Source of the DNA: Octopus bimaculoides
Lineage: Eukaryota
DNA length: 32,560 nucleotides
Direction: 5' to 3'
Assembly (NCBI RefSeq): GCF_001194135.2
Contig: NC_068983.1
Location: 28,147,157 to 28,179,716 of the forward strand
Part shown: piece after piece, positions 1 through 12,537 of the stretch
Layout of the letters: every line of letters starts with the position of its first letter
Position numbering within the stretch: position 1 is the stretch's first letter
Made by a program: the position numbers and the translations under genes
The notes under the pieces: model-generated
Databases searched by the model: none
What the model saw: the letters and a program-made list of their open reading frames with translations, nothing else
What the model was told of the DNA's origin: nothing

Positions 1-229
1 GTATACATATACATCTCTCTCTCTCTCTCTCTCTCTTTTTCTGTCTCTCTCTTTCTCTCTTTCTCTCTCTGTGAAAGTATCTGTCATTAGAGTATCGAAA
101 TGTGATTGTTTCAGTTAGTGGAATAGTTTCATTTTTAAAGTGAAAGTATTTGACATGAGTGTTTTTGTTTCACTTTTGACACGTAATACTTAAATAGTGG
201 AAGAGATATTATGTTGCCGTGTGCTCGAA

Positions 230-395
230 CTCTGCAAGAAGTTAAAAAATGTTTTTGACTAAAACACAACTGGAACCCTAAGTAAAGCATGTGTAAAATT
301 TGAATGAAATTGGTTGCGTATTTCTCGTGTTTTAGGGATTCACAGACAGACAGACAGACAGACAGACACACATTCTCATTTTTATATATATAGAT
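230..395 (+). mobile_element. Possible Helitron-derived (Lep1/DINE-1-like) non-autonomous element 3' part
   Basis: tgtgtaaaatttgaatgaaattggttg...(GACA)n...attctcatttttatatatatagat, the layout typical of such elements. Confidence 0.4.
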
Positions 396-1674
396 GCCAA
401 CTTCTTGCATTTTGAGTTCAAATCCAGCTAACATCAACTTTTCCTTTCATCTTTTTGAGGTTGATAAATAAAGTACTAGTTTAGGGGAGTGAGCAGACAG
501 GAGTATTGCACTGTCGGACTGGATGCCAAGCAGTCTTCATTTTTGACCCCGTGTGATCTGAGTTCAAATATCACTATGTCTGTTTAATCCATCACCCAGA
601 ACATTACCATCTGGTACATTGAGTGCTTTTAGCAGAGTTCACTATCTTACAAACATCTGTATCAAGTCTTCAGTATAAAGATACCTTCCTTCTACTAGTC
701 TCAGAGACACTTTTTAGAGAGAGCCAGGAATACTGCCTTTCCTCCTGATTAAACAATAAAACAAAGGGTTTCCATGTCTTCTGACACATTATAAGGGTAG
801 TTTATCTTTTATCTTTTACATGTTTCAGCTATTAGACTGTGACCACGCTGGGGCACTACCTTGAAGACTTATTCAAACAAATCGACCTCGGCATTTAATT
901 TTTTTTAAGCCTGGTACTAATTCTATTGGTCTCTTATGAGTTGATGAATTTCATGAGTTGGTGAAGAGAACTCCTTAATCATTATAGCTAAGCCTGCATC
1001 CACACTTTTAGACATATATAACACTGTGTAACACAATTTTTATCCTTGGGTAACAATTGCTATTTCCTATTTGTTTACCCCTAGAAAGTATGAAAAATGA
1101 GTAATATTTCCTTCAAACTTTGCTTTGTTACATTTATTTAAGCCCCAAACAATCTTTCTCAACAAATGGCTATGATGTTCCCCCACTACTCCTGCTCAGG
1201 ACCAGAGATGCACATATTGTCAGCTATTAAGGGATATGCTCAAGTGGTTAAGTCCAAGTAACTGACAAGCAAACCTGTGGTGTTGAACTGAATATAGGCT
1301 ATAACGATATTTCTGCTTCAGCAACTCAGTTCTGAATCTGTCTGTAATATAATGCTAGATTTGTTTCAAAATATTAATGTCCAGGTTACAAAAGTAAAGT
1401 CTGAAGGGAATAGTAGTCGTTTCCTTCAATTTTTAGATGGATGCAATAGGAAATAACACTTTCTGATCAAATATTTTGAGGAAGATAAACAGTTGGTCAT
1501 ACACACAAGTCTCCTATCTCTATGCCATTAATGTTTATTAAAGGAAAGACCTCTGACATGGGCTGATACAGCTTAGCATCAGTGTTGTTGCAGGCAGCAT
1601 TGCTGTCTGAATGGAAAGTGTCTGATGAGATACTGCAAAGCATCTCATCCGTACCGCAACAATTGTCTGGATTT

Positions 1675-2092
1675 ATCTTTTATCTTTCACTTGTTTCTTT
1701 CATCAGACTGTGGCCATGTTAGAGCACCACCTTGAAGATCTTTATTTGAATGAGTCGACTCCAGTACTATTTGTTTAAGCCTGGTACTTATTATATTGGT
1801 TTTTTTTTTGCCAAACTGCTAGGTTATGAGGGATGTAAACACATCAACACCAGTTGTCAAGTGTTGGTGAGGAACAAAGAGGCATACACAAACTCACACA
1901 CACACCTGAACACACACATATTTATATATGCATGACAGGCTTCTTTCAGTTCTGTCAACAAAATTCATTCACAAAGCTTTAGTCAGCCTGGGGCTTTAGT
2001 AGAAAACACTTGCAAAAGGTGCCACACATTGGGACTGAACCTGGGACCACATGGTTGGAAAGCAAACTTCTTACCCCACAGCTATGCCTGTA
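1675..2092 (-). mobile_element. SINE family A copy
   Basis: Aligns to 21843-22230, more diverged. Confidence 0.75.
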
Positions 2093-2379
2093 CCTAATCG
2101 ATCGGTAATTTTTTTTTCTTTTACCTTAACCCAAAAAGTATGAAAGGCAAAATTGACTTTGCTACAATTTGAACTTAGTGCAGAAAATTAGAAAAAAATC
2201 ATCCAAGCTTTTCAATCTGATGCCCTAATGATTCTTCCAGTTCCCTGATTATATGGTTTAGAAGTTCAGTTCCTACCACATAGTCTGAGTTTGATCTGTG
2301 TGGAACCAGTAGCAAGTGTCTCCTATAGTTTCAGACTGACTATGCCTTGAGAGTGGAATTTTATTGGTGGAATATATTC

Positions 2380-2807
2380 TTTTATCTTTTCAATTGTTTC
2401 AGTCACTTGACTGTGGTCATGCTGGCACACTACTTCAAAGGGCTTTGATCAAATGAATCAACCTCAAGACTTATTTTTTAAGCCTACTACTTATTCTATC
2501 AGTCTGTTATGCTGAACCACTAAGTTACAGAGCAGTAAACACACTAGCACTGGCTGTCAAGCGGTGATGGGAGGAGAAACACAGACACACACACATAGAT
2601 ATACATACATATTTACACACACACACACATATACACACACACAACAGGCTTCTTTCTGTTTCCATTTACTAAATCCACTCACAAGTCTTCTACCAAAGCC
2701 TTGTCAGGCCATAGCAGAAGACACTTGCCCAGAATGTCACACATTGGGACTTAACCCTGAACCATGTGGTTGGGAATCAAGCTTCTAACCACACAGCCAC
2801 ACCTGTG
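2380..2807 (-). mobile_element. SINE family A copy
   Basis: Aligns to 21843-22230. Confidence 0.75.
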
Positions 2808-3839
2808 TATATATGTATATCTTACACTAATGTATATCAGTAAATGATGGAAGCAGCTGAAAAGCTGATACTCTTAGAAGAAAGTCCTTTCAGATCTTGC
2901 AATTAGAAATGCAGTAAACCAGTGACTGGCAGATTAGAAATCTCTAATTTACAATTCTATTTTTCGTTAATTCTGATATAAAATATATAAATTATATAAA
3001 TCACAAAATATAAAAATAAAAGAAGCCTGTATTTTGCTGATTACTTTAAGCTGTAGCATTTATTACATTGTCTTAATTTAATATTCGCTTCAGTTATTAT
3101 TTTTCACTAAAGGTTGGCTTATCTGTTACAGATTTTTGCTTTCTGTCTGAAATAATCCACCTGATACTTTCACTGATACTTTCAAAGAGATGAAAAGTTC
3201 TTATGGAGATATTATCTGTTCAGCTATGATAAATCAGTTATCTTATCACTTCTGAATACAAGACTAAAACTCTGGGGAAATGAATTGGCTCCAGCATGAT
3301 AATCTATCAGCAAATATTTTTTGAGATCAATAAAAATTATGTAATGGAAGAAATATTACTATTCCACATATGGCCAATACCTCTTAGTTAGACATCCTGT
3401 ATGTTTATGGCTGTGTAGTTAAGAATCTTATTTTGCAACTACTTGATTTTCAGCTTTGATCTCACTATGTAACACCTTGTACAAATGCCGTTTATCACAG
3501 CCTTGATTTGATAAAAGCTGTATTTGTGAAAATTTGTGTAAGAGCCCATCAGAGACAACATTCCTATTTTTGGACGCCAGATTTGGTTCTTGGTTATTTT
3601 TACCAAAGTTTACTTCATTGAAATCATTCAGTTACTTCACCAATCTGAGGACACCTTCCTGTCTGATTTTCCCTAGTCTTCAAGAAACTGGAAAAAGTTC
3701 AAGAATGCAACTGTTCTTCCTTGGACTAAGTGGACTAAGCATAAAAGGAACAATTTGTTAAAAATATCCACTTTTCAAGGCAACAACATCAACTTTAGAG
3801 GATACTTAGCTACTAATTCTATTACATCAAGGAACCACA

Positions 3840-4028
3840 TAGGAGCCAGTGGCATGTAAAAGTACCCACTACACTCTTGGAATGGTTGGTGTTAGGAAGG
3901 GGATCCAGCTGTAGAAACTCTGCCAGATCAGATTGGAGCCTGATGCAGCCATCAGGCTCACCAGTCCTCAGTCAAATTGTCCAACCCATGCTAGCATGGA
4001 AAGTGGACGTTAAACGATGATGATGAAT
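3840..4028 (+). mobile_element. Short retroposon family C ending in (GAT)n (RTE-type tail)
   Basis: ggttggtgttaggaagg...ccaacccatgctagcatggaaagtggacgttaaacgatgatgatg. Related copies at ~6460-6690(-), 8225-8400(+), 10785-11130(-), 12200-12320(-), 25975-26045(+). Confidence 0.7.
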
Positions 4029-5010
4029 GAATGTCTCAAATAGGACCATTCCTACTTAGACTGCTCTTTATTTTCAAGCTTAGAGTGAAAATGTATGTAT
4101 ATCTATGTACATTCACCTGATGTAACAAATTCTATACACATCAGTAGTAATAAATTATAACCTGCAGCAGCATTATATATAGGACAATAAGTGTATCAAA
4201 GACATGCTGCTGAGCATATCAATAATTAATACAAATAATTAAAGTGATAATGCATTTAATACTGCTTTACTTGTTTATGTCACTGGACTGCATCCCTGCT
4301 GGAGAATCACCTTAATCAGCTTTCTGTCGACTACATTAAACACAGTAATTATTTTTAAGTGTGGTACTCACCTTATTGATCTGTTGGCTAAACTACTAAG
4401 GTAAGGAGCATAAACTTAGAGTATATTTATTTTCAAGCAGTGTCAATGCAAAACAGACATAGAATCAGTGACACATACACACTCATTATCACATAATGAT
4501 AGGGCACAATTAACCTCTGTAACTAGGACTAGGATGAACAAGGGCAAGCATCCATTGATCTTGTAATTTAAATTTACAAATATAACATGCCCTATCATTA
4601 TATGATATATATATATATATATATATATANNNNNNNNNNNNNNNNNNNNNNNNNNNNNNNNNNNNNNNNNNNNNNNNNNNNNNNNNNNNNNNNNNNNNNN
4701 NNNNNNNNNNNNNNNNNNNNNNNNNNNNNNNNNNNNNNNNNNNNNNNNNNNNNNNNNNNNNNNNNNNNNNNNNNNNNNNNNNNNNNNNNNNNNNNNNNNN
4801 NNNNNNNNNNNNNNNNNNNNNNNNNNNNNNNNNNNNNNNNNNNNNNNNNNNNNNNNNNNNNNNNNNNNNNNNNNNNNNNNNNNNNNNNNNNNNNNNNNNN
4901 NNNNNNNNNNNNNNNNNNNNNNNNNNNNNNNNNNNNNNNNNNNNNNNNNNNNNNNNNNNNNNNNNNNNNNNNNNNNNNNNNNNNNNNNNNNNNNNNNNNN
5001 NNNNNNNNNN

Positions 5011-5218
5011 TTGTGTGTGTCCATGTAAGTCCCCCCACCATCGCTTCACAACCAATGTTGATGTGCATACATCCCTGTAATCTAGCAGTTCAGCAAAAGA
5101 CACCGATAGAATAAGTACTAGGCTTACAAAGAATAAGTCCTGGGTTCGATTTGTTTGACTAAAGGTGGTGCTCCAGCATGGCCACAGTCAAATGACTGAA
5201 ACAAGTAAAAAATAAAAG
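5011..5218 (+). mobile_element. SINE family A 3' half, next to gap
   Basis: cagcaaaagacaccgatagaataagtactaggcttacaaagaataagtcc...gactgaaacaagtaaaa is the reverse complement of the 21843 copy. Confidence 0.8.
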
Positions 5219-7331
5219 TATATATATATATATCATACATACATATGTACACATGTTTATTATTAATCAGCAAAAGCTAGAGTCACTCAAGGACCAAGAG
5301 CTTCCTGTATTGGCCCTTGAGTCACTCTGTAACTTCTACTGATTATTAATTATATATACTCTTATATATACTCTTGTTTTGAGTTATATTTTCCTCCCTG
5401 CAACGCCAAATCTCTCTCTCTTTCTCTCTGTCCCTCTCTCTCTCTTTCTGTACCCCCTACCTCTCTTTCTCTCCATGCTTGCATGGAAAACAGACATTAA
5501 ATGACGATGATCATATATACGTGTGTATGTGTGTGTATGTGTGTGATGAACGTCTGCAGATTTTTCACCAATTGATTTCACTTCCATAGCATTAGTCAGG
5601 CTATAATGGAAGAAAATTGCCAATGATGCCACACTGTAGATCCAAAATCACATAGCTACAAGGTAAACTTCTTAACCATCCAGCTATGACTGATCATCAA
5701 TCTGATACATGATAAAAAATGTAATTTCTAACATAACAAGAAATCAAAACGATTTTATCATGGGTATTTTTGATAAAAAGTACCTCAGTAAATGACTGTT
5801 ATTTTATTTTATCAATCCTGAAAGAATGAAAGGGGAAGTTTACCTTGCAGGTTCTGAACTCAGAAGGTAAATAGACATAACCTAACACCATTACACATTT
5901 TGTTTGCAACCCCAAATATTTTTCCAGAATTGTTTTATTTTTTCAGTCTTTAAATAGTTTCACCCGCTGATCTGTAGCCATGTGTGACATAGCCATCATA
6001 ATGACTCAAGTACTTAGCATAGCAATATCATTGGCTGAGTTTATCTATTGAATGGCTGAATAAAAGTATTTTTCCAGTTTTATGACTCCTTAGTGATGTA
6101 AACACTTGCAAAGTATTTACACCAGTATTTACAAGACTCTCACACACATTTTACCATTTATTTTCTTCCTAAATTCCACAAACCCAACAACCCTGGCCAC
6201 TCCTTTGGTTCTGCCTGTAGTTGTCCCACAGGACTCATCTTGAATTCATCATGTAGTCCTGTTAATTCAAACATATTTTTCTCTCCATTTTCCCCCTCAA
6301 TCTGTTTTCTCTCTCCATTCCCTTCTATAGAAAATCATAAGCTCAAAATGCCAAAGATTTCTTCCATTTTTCCAGAACCTCAAACTAATACACCATGTTT
6401 GTTGTTCTTTCACCTGTCTAAATGCCTTTTGTATATTTTTTGGTATATTTTTAAATATCATCACCATTGTCATCATTTAGCGTATGTTTCCCATGCTGGC
6501 ATGGGTTAGGCAGTTTGACTGGAGTTTGTAAACCAGAGAGTCACACCAGGCTCCAGTTATCTGTTTTAGCATGGTTTCTGTGGTTGGATGCTCTTCCTGA
6601 TGCCAACCACTCCATAGAGTGTACTGGGTGTCTTTTACATATCACTGACAAGAGTGCCTCTGATGTACCATCAGCATGGGTGCCTGTTATGCATCATATT
6701 TCTTTATTGCCCACAAGGGGCTAAACATAGAGGGGAAAAACAAGGACAAACAAGAACCTAACATTGTTAATAATAATGATATATAAAAATAGACAAAGCA
6801 GGAAACAAAATAACTTGTTCAGAAATAAATTAAAATTGGTAACAAATCGAAAACTGGATGTTAATGACTGAGTTAAAATCCTATTTAAAAAAAAAAACAA
6901 ATTAGTTAATTATATCAGAGTGTGATACTCAATGCAACTATATAAACATCCTCAAAAATTTTTTAAGATTTTATTCTAATTACATTCTAACATTGCAAGG
7001 AAAGAAAAGGAAAGATTTTGATTGAAATAACAAAAAACTTTTATTAGAATAATATTTTTAAAAAAAATGAAAAAAATATTCTAAATTATTGCTGATGTTT
7101 ACATACTCCTTAGTATTGGAACTTAGTTACAGAGAGAAATGAAAATTACTAAAAGGAATCCAAATTTTTAGACAAAATATATAAAGAAATTAGTTAATGT
7201 ACAACAGGTTTAACTGCAAGAGTTTAAGTCAATAAACAAACTTCAGCACTTGAGCAAGGACTCATAAGATCTATTTTCTTTTTTTGCAAGACAAGTGGTC
7301 CTTCATCTGACAGACACGAGAAAGCAAAATA

Positions 7332-7362
<31 letters not shown>

Positions 7363-8397
7363 NNNNNNNNNNNNNNNNNNNNNNNNNNNNNNNNNNNNNN
7401 NNNNNNNNNNNNNNNNNNNNNNNNNNNNNNNNNNNNNNNNNNNNNNNNNNNNNNNNNNNNNNNNNNNNNNNNNNNNNNNNNNNNNNNNNNNNNNNNNNNN
7501 NNNNNNNNNNNNNNNNNNNNNNNNNNNNNNNNNNNNNNNNNNNNNNNNNNNNNNNNNNNNNNNNNNNNNNNNNNNNNNNNNNNNNNNNNNNNNNNNNNNN
7601 NNNNNNNNNNNNNNNNNNNNNNNNNACACATGCCTAAATTACTTTAAGGAGACTGAAGAAATTAATTCTCATGTTTGCATAACTGCTTCCTAAAGAGTAA
7701 TTGCAAGAAGAATTAATTGAAAAATAAAAATACCTCTTAAGTCATATAATCTTAGCATTTCCATTTGTTATTGTTGTTACATTTGGCTTGTTCTTTTTTT
7801 TTTTTTTTTTTGCAATAATCATGAAATAATTAGAAGTCACAGCCAAAACTTCCATGAGGGACTTCAGGCTTCTTGCTCAAGTTATTTGCATTTTGAATAC
7901 TTAAGCAAATGAAAGAAAAACAAAATTTCTAAGATTATTGGAAAAGTCAGTTTGCTTTTCTGTTCATTCACTTCTCTTTTATCAATGTATTTATTACACA
8001 CATATACTTTCATGCACACATGCATATAAGTGCACACACACATGCATACACATACTCCTATCCTTCAAATACTTTATTGAAAAAACAGCTTAGACACAAC
8101 ATTTGTCACTAGCTTCAACAGCCTTTTTCTTTTTAGGGGGTCTGTGCAATTAAACACACACATACATACATACACATTTATCTAATTCATCGGTCTATAT
8201 ACATCAATACTAGTATTTATATATGCACAAGAGCACCCAGTATACTCTGTAAAGTGGCTGGTGTTAGGAAGGGCATCCAGCCATAGAATCTATGCCAAAA
8301 TAAACAACTGGATCCCAAGCAGCTCTCCAGCTGGTCAGTTCCTGTCAAAGCATTCAACCCATGCCAGCATAGAGAATGGATATTAAACGATAATGGT

Positions 8398-8442
<45 letters not shown>

Positions 8443-9357
8443 NNNNNNNNNNNNNNNNNNNNNNNNNNNNNNNNNNNNNNNNNNNNNNNNNNNNNNNNNN
8501 NNNNNNNNNNNNNNNNNNNNNNNNNNNNNNNNNNNNNNNNNNNNNNNNNNNNNNNNNNNNNNNNNNNNNNNNNNNNNNNNNNNNNNNNNNNNNNNNNNNN
8601 NNNNNNNNNNNNNNNNNNNNNNNNNNNNNNNNNNNNNNNNNNNNNNNNNNNNNNNNNNNNNNNNNNNNNNNNNNNNNNNNNNNNNNNNNNNNNNNNNNNN
8701 NNNNNNNNNNNNNNNNNNNNNNNNNNNNNNNNNNNNNNNNNNNNNNNNNNNNNNNNNNNNNNNNNNNNNNNNNNNNNNNNNNNNNNNNNNNNNNNNNNNN
8801 NNNNNNNNNNNNNNNNNNNNNNNNNNNNNNNNNNNNNNNNNNNNNNNNNNNNNNNNNNNNNNNNNNNNNNNNNNNNNNNNNNNNNNNNNNNNNNNNNNNN
8901 NNNNNNNNNNNNNNNNNNNNNNNNNNNNNNNNNNNNNNNNNNNNNNNNNNNNNNNNNNNNNNNNNNNNNNNNNNNNNNNNNNNNNNNNNNNNNNNNNNNN
9001 NNNNNNNNNNNNNNNNNNNNNNNNNNNNNNNNNNNNNNNNNNNNNNNNNNNNNNNNNNNNNNNNNNNNNNNNNNNNNNNNNNNNNNNNNNNNNNNNNNNN
9101 NNNNNNNNNNNNNNNNNNNNNNNNNNNNNNNNNNNNNNNNNNNNNNNNNNNNNNNNNNNNNNNNNNNNNNNNNNNNNNNNNNNNNNNNNNNNNNNNNNNN
9201 NNNNNNNNNNNNNNNNNNNNNNNNNNNNNNNNNNNNNNNNNNNNNNNNNNNNNNNNNNNNNNNNNNNNNNNNNNNNNNNNNNNNNNNNNNNNNNNNNNNN
9301 NNNNNNNNNNNNNNNNNNNNNNNNNNNNNNNNNNNNNNNNNNNNNNNNNNNNNNNNN
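8443..9357. other. Assembly gap (N); others at 4630-5010, 7363-7625, 15531-15540, 18509-18543
   Basis: Runs of N, each bordered by (TA)n on at least one side. Confidence 1.
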
Positions 9358-9363
9358 TATATA

Positions 9364-9394
<31 letters not shown>

Positions 9395-9409
9395 GTATAT
9401 GTTTGTGTG

Positions 9410-9612
9410 TCTGTGTTTGTCCCCCCAACTTCGCTTGACAAACGATACTGGTGTGTTTACGTCCCCGTAACTCAGTGGTTCAGCAAAAAGAGACCAATAG
9501 AATAAGTACTAGACTTACAAAGAATAAGTCCTGGGGTTGATTTGCTCGACTAAAGGTGGTGCCCCAGCATGGCCGCAGTCAAATGACTGAAACAAGTAAA
9601 ACAGTATAAAAG
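9410..9612 (+). mobile_element. SINE family A 3' half, next to gap
   Basis: Near-identical to 5011-5218. Confidence 0.8.
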
Positions 9613-9939
9613 AGTATTCTTGTAGTTTACTTCAAATTTTCATGAACAACTTGTTCTCAAAGCTCTTTTGAGAAACCAGTATAGGTGAAAATTTGTGGTA
9701 AACTATCGTTAATAACTGTTCCTAATGTAACCCCAAGGCTAGCAATTTTGAAGGGAATCCATTAGTCAGTTACCTTGACACTTGTACCTGTTTTTTTTTT
9801 TGTTTTATCAATCCTAGAGGAATGAAAGCTGAAAGGAACCAAAATGTAAGGCCTTTTTCTCACATTCAAATCTGCCAATCTAACACCTTTTTCACTATTA
9901 GTAACATGTTTCATGCTTTCCCTGCATCTCATCCCCCAA

Positions 9940-10510
9940 ATATCACCTTTCTGTTACTCCTCTATTCATAACACTAATTGGCAGCTGTAATCACTTGCAG
10001 GCAGTATAGCTCATATTTTCTTTGCACTACCAGTTACCTCTTCCCCACTCGCTTTGTACTACAAGTTACTTCTTCTCTTCCCGGAACTACACCCATCCCT
10101 TATCCTAATTATCCTCTCTTCCTCAATCACACCTTTCTCATGGAACACCCTTCTGTGCTTTCAGTTTCTCTCTCTTCTGATGACTCTGTTTTAACACCTA
10201 ACATATCAACTGTCTTTCTCTGTAGCCTCTTATATCCACCAACACACCAAACGCACTATAGCCACCCTCATATACCTTTTGTCTCCCTCCTCACCACGCC
10301 TACATCTTGCATATCATCACCCTATCTTCTGATCTATCAGTCCCACCTTACATTCGCTCTATACTGATATTCGCCATTGACTGCTTCTCCACCCATGTTC
10401 TTCACTCACTACATTCACCTCTACCCCCATCTCTAGCCATCTGTTACTCTCTCCTTTCCACTCTTATGAAAGTATCAACTCTCTGCTCTCCTCCCATGAC
10501 CCACCGTCTG
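9940..10510 (-). mobile_element. Probable decayed LINE fragment (purine-rich on minus strand)
   Basis: Strong C/T skew on plus and LINE-like relic peptides with many stops. No clean motif. Confidence 0.35.
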
Positions 10511-11229
10511 TAACCACTTTCAGGCTCACCTTTTACCCGCCCATCCCACCAAAAATTATCAACAAATTACCCTGGGTCCTATATACAAAGTTAAGCTTAT
10601 ATAACATGCTTTAATGTATTAAATTTTTACCTTGACTATATACTGCTGAACTTATGGAAAAATTTAATATAACACTTTTATTTTATGCCATCAAATAAGT
10701 ATTATTTTGACTTTACAATTAGTACTGAGCTCTTCAGTCATTGCATGCTTAGTGAACATCATAATGATTATCATAATAATCACCATCCTTTAACGTCCAT
10801 TTCCTATGCTGGCATGGGTTGGATGATTTGACAGGAACTGGCAAGCTGGAGAGCTGCTCCAGGCTCCAGTTGCCTGTTTCAGCATGGTTTCTAGTGCTCT
10901 GGACACCCTTCCTAATTCAAACCCCTTTACAGGGTGTTCTGGATGTTTTTATGTGGCACCAGTCTTGTAACATGGTAATGGCACAGGTGCCTTTTACATG
11001 GCACCAGTATGGGTACTCTCTATCTAGCACTGGCACTCGCATGGGTGCATTTTACACGGCACCCACACAGTGCTGTGTATGCGACACCAGCACAGGTGCT
11101 TTTTACGTGGCACCCAAATGGGTACTTTTTTCATGACAACAGTACCCATGAACTCACAAGACAAGGGCCTCTCGGCTAAGAGAGTGAGTGGTGGACGTAT
11201 CCATAAAGGACATGCCTATATGTATGGTA

Positions 11230-11570
11230 TGTATGGATGGCCATGCTTTTACTTAGTTTGACATGTCTTCTCAAGCACAGCAAATCATCTGAACCTCTCT
11301 CACCACTTCGCCCCCCCCCCACACACACAATATTCTTGCATCTACCCATTCCACGGGTTCTCTCTATGATTAGAGATCAGCACTTCTTTATGCGGTTGTC
11401 CTCATCCATATGCATTTCATGACCATACCAGTGCAGTCTTCTCTCTTGCACACTACAACTGATGCCTCTTAATCCAAATTTTTCCCGTAAATCATTTACA
11501 CTCTATCATATATGCATACTGACATTACCCAGACTGCCTTCATTTCTTTCAAGCATTCACATATTCTCTA
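11230..11570 (-). mobile_element. Decayed RTE LINE 3' fragment
   Basis: Reverse complement resembles LERNEAS..RW...LREKLG.RGI...QERRL.WYGH.MRMDED...KKC..L.VEG..GRGR. Confidence 0.6.
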
Positions 11571-11946
11571 TAGTCATATCCCATGTTTCACAAACATTGA
11601 AATAAAACAAGCAATTAGTCACACACACACACACACACACGCACACACATGTATATGGTTTGTTTGTATTGTATTTGATATATATAAAAAAAAAGGGGGA
11701 AGTAAAATCGTTAGAAACTGTTGATAAAAGACTGCGTGGCAACAGAAATTTAATATTTGGTAGAAAAATATAGAACAAAGAGTATGTTTGTTGCAGATTC
11801 TTTGCAGTAAATTTAAAGAATTCTCCAAAATACTTTTGTAAACCTAAATTAAAGTTAAATATTTAAATAGTTTTAGAATCATGTAGTAAAAAAGAAATTA
11901 ATTTTCAAAAAGTAAAACGGAAAGAATCTGAACAAAGGTGCAATAC

Positions 11947-12066
11947 CTGAGTGAAGTAGTAGTCAAATGCTGGTGGATCCTCTTTCAGTAAACGGTATGC
12001 ATCAACAGGTACAAAAGTGATCCGAAAAAGACATCTAAAGTGACGTGACCCTGGTCGGGCTGCAAC
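11947..12066 (-). CDS. FRMPD4: Coding exon of FRMPD-family gene: VAARPGSRHFRCLFRITFVPVDAYRLLKEDPPAFDYYFTQ
   Basis: Acceptor tttcattttttgcag|GTT, donor CAG|gtattg, 120 nt, phase 0/0. Matches FRMPD4 [40 protein letters not shown]. Embedded in track ORF 11905..12114(-). Confidence 0.95.
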
Positions 12067-12492
12067 CTGCAAAAAATGAAACCAGTAAGAAATGTCAAAA
12101 ACACTATTAGACAAAATACATCATCATCACTACCACCATCACTATCACCACCTTTTAATATTCGTTTTTTTTTTTTATACTGAAATGGGTTATACAATTC
12201 AACAGGAACTAATGACTCATATGCCTGCACCATTCACCACTGACTGCTTTGACATGGTTTCTGTAGCCAGATGCTCTTCCTAAAGCCAACCACTTTTACA
12301 GAGTGTACTGGGTACCTTTCCTTGGTTTTCCAGCCTTGCAGTTTCAGGTTTTGTCTTACTGTGTGATACTTTAGGCAAGAGTCTTCTACTATAGCCCCAG
12401 GTTAACCAAAGTTCTGTGAGTGAATTTGGTTATCGAAAGGTAAGTTACTATAAATCGGCACGAACTTTCAGGACAACCCAATATATATTTGC

Positions 12493-12537
12493 ATGTATGT
12501 ATGTATGTATGTATGTATGTATGTATGTATGTATGTG
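12493..12537. repeat. (TATG)n microsatellite; other (TA)n, (CA)n, (CT)n, (CAT)n tracts at e.g. 15-70, 8401-8442, 18826-18864, 23998-24034, 24328-24374
   Basis: Seen directly. Confidence 0.95.

Noticed and set aside
6184-7306. Minus-strand exon candidates 7242-7306 (DEGPLVLQKKK...) and 6184-6324 (EGNGERKQ...)
   Set aside because: Weak gtttgt donors, phases do not chain with each other or with the 11947 exon, and no family similarity.
4443-9505. Long track ORFs such as 8217..9428 (403 aa) and 4510..5103
   Set aside because: They consist of X from N-gaps plus YIYI/HTHT microsatellite translations.
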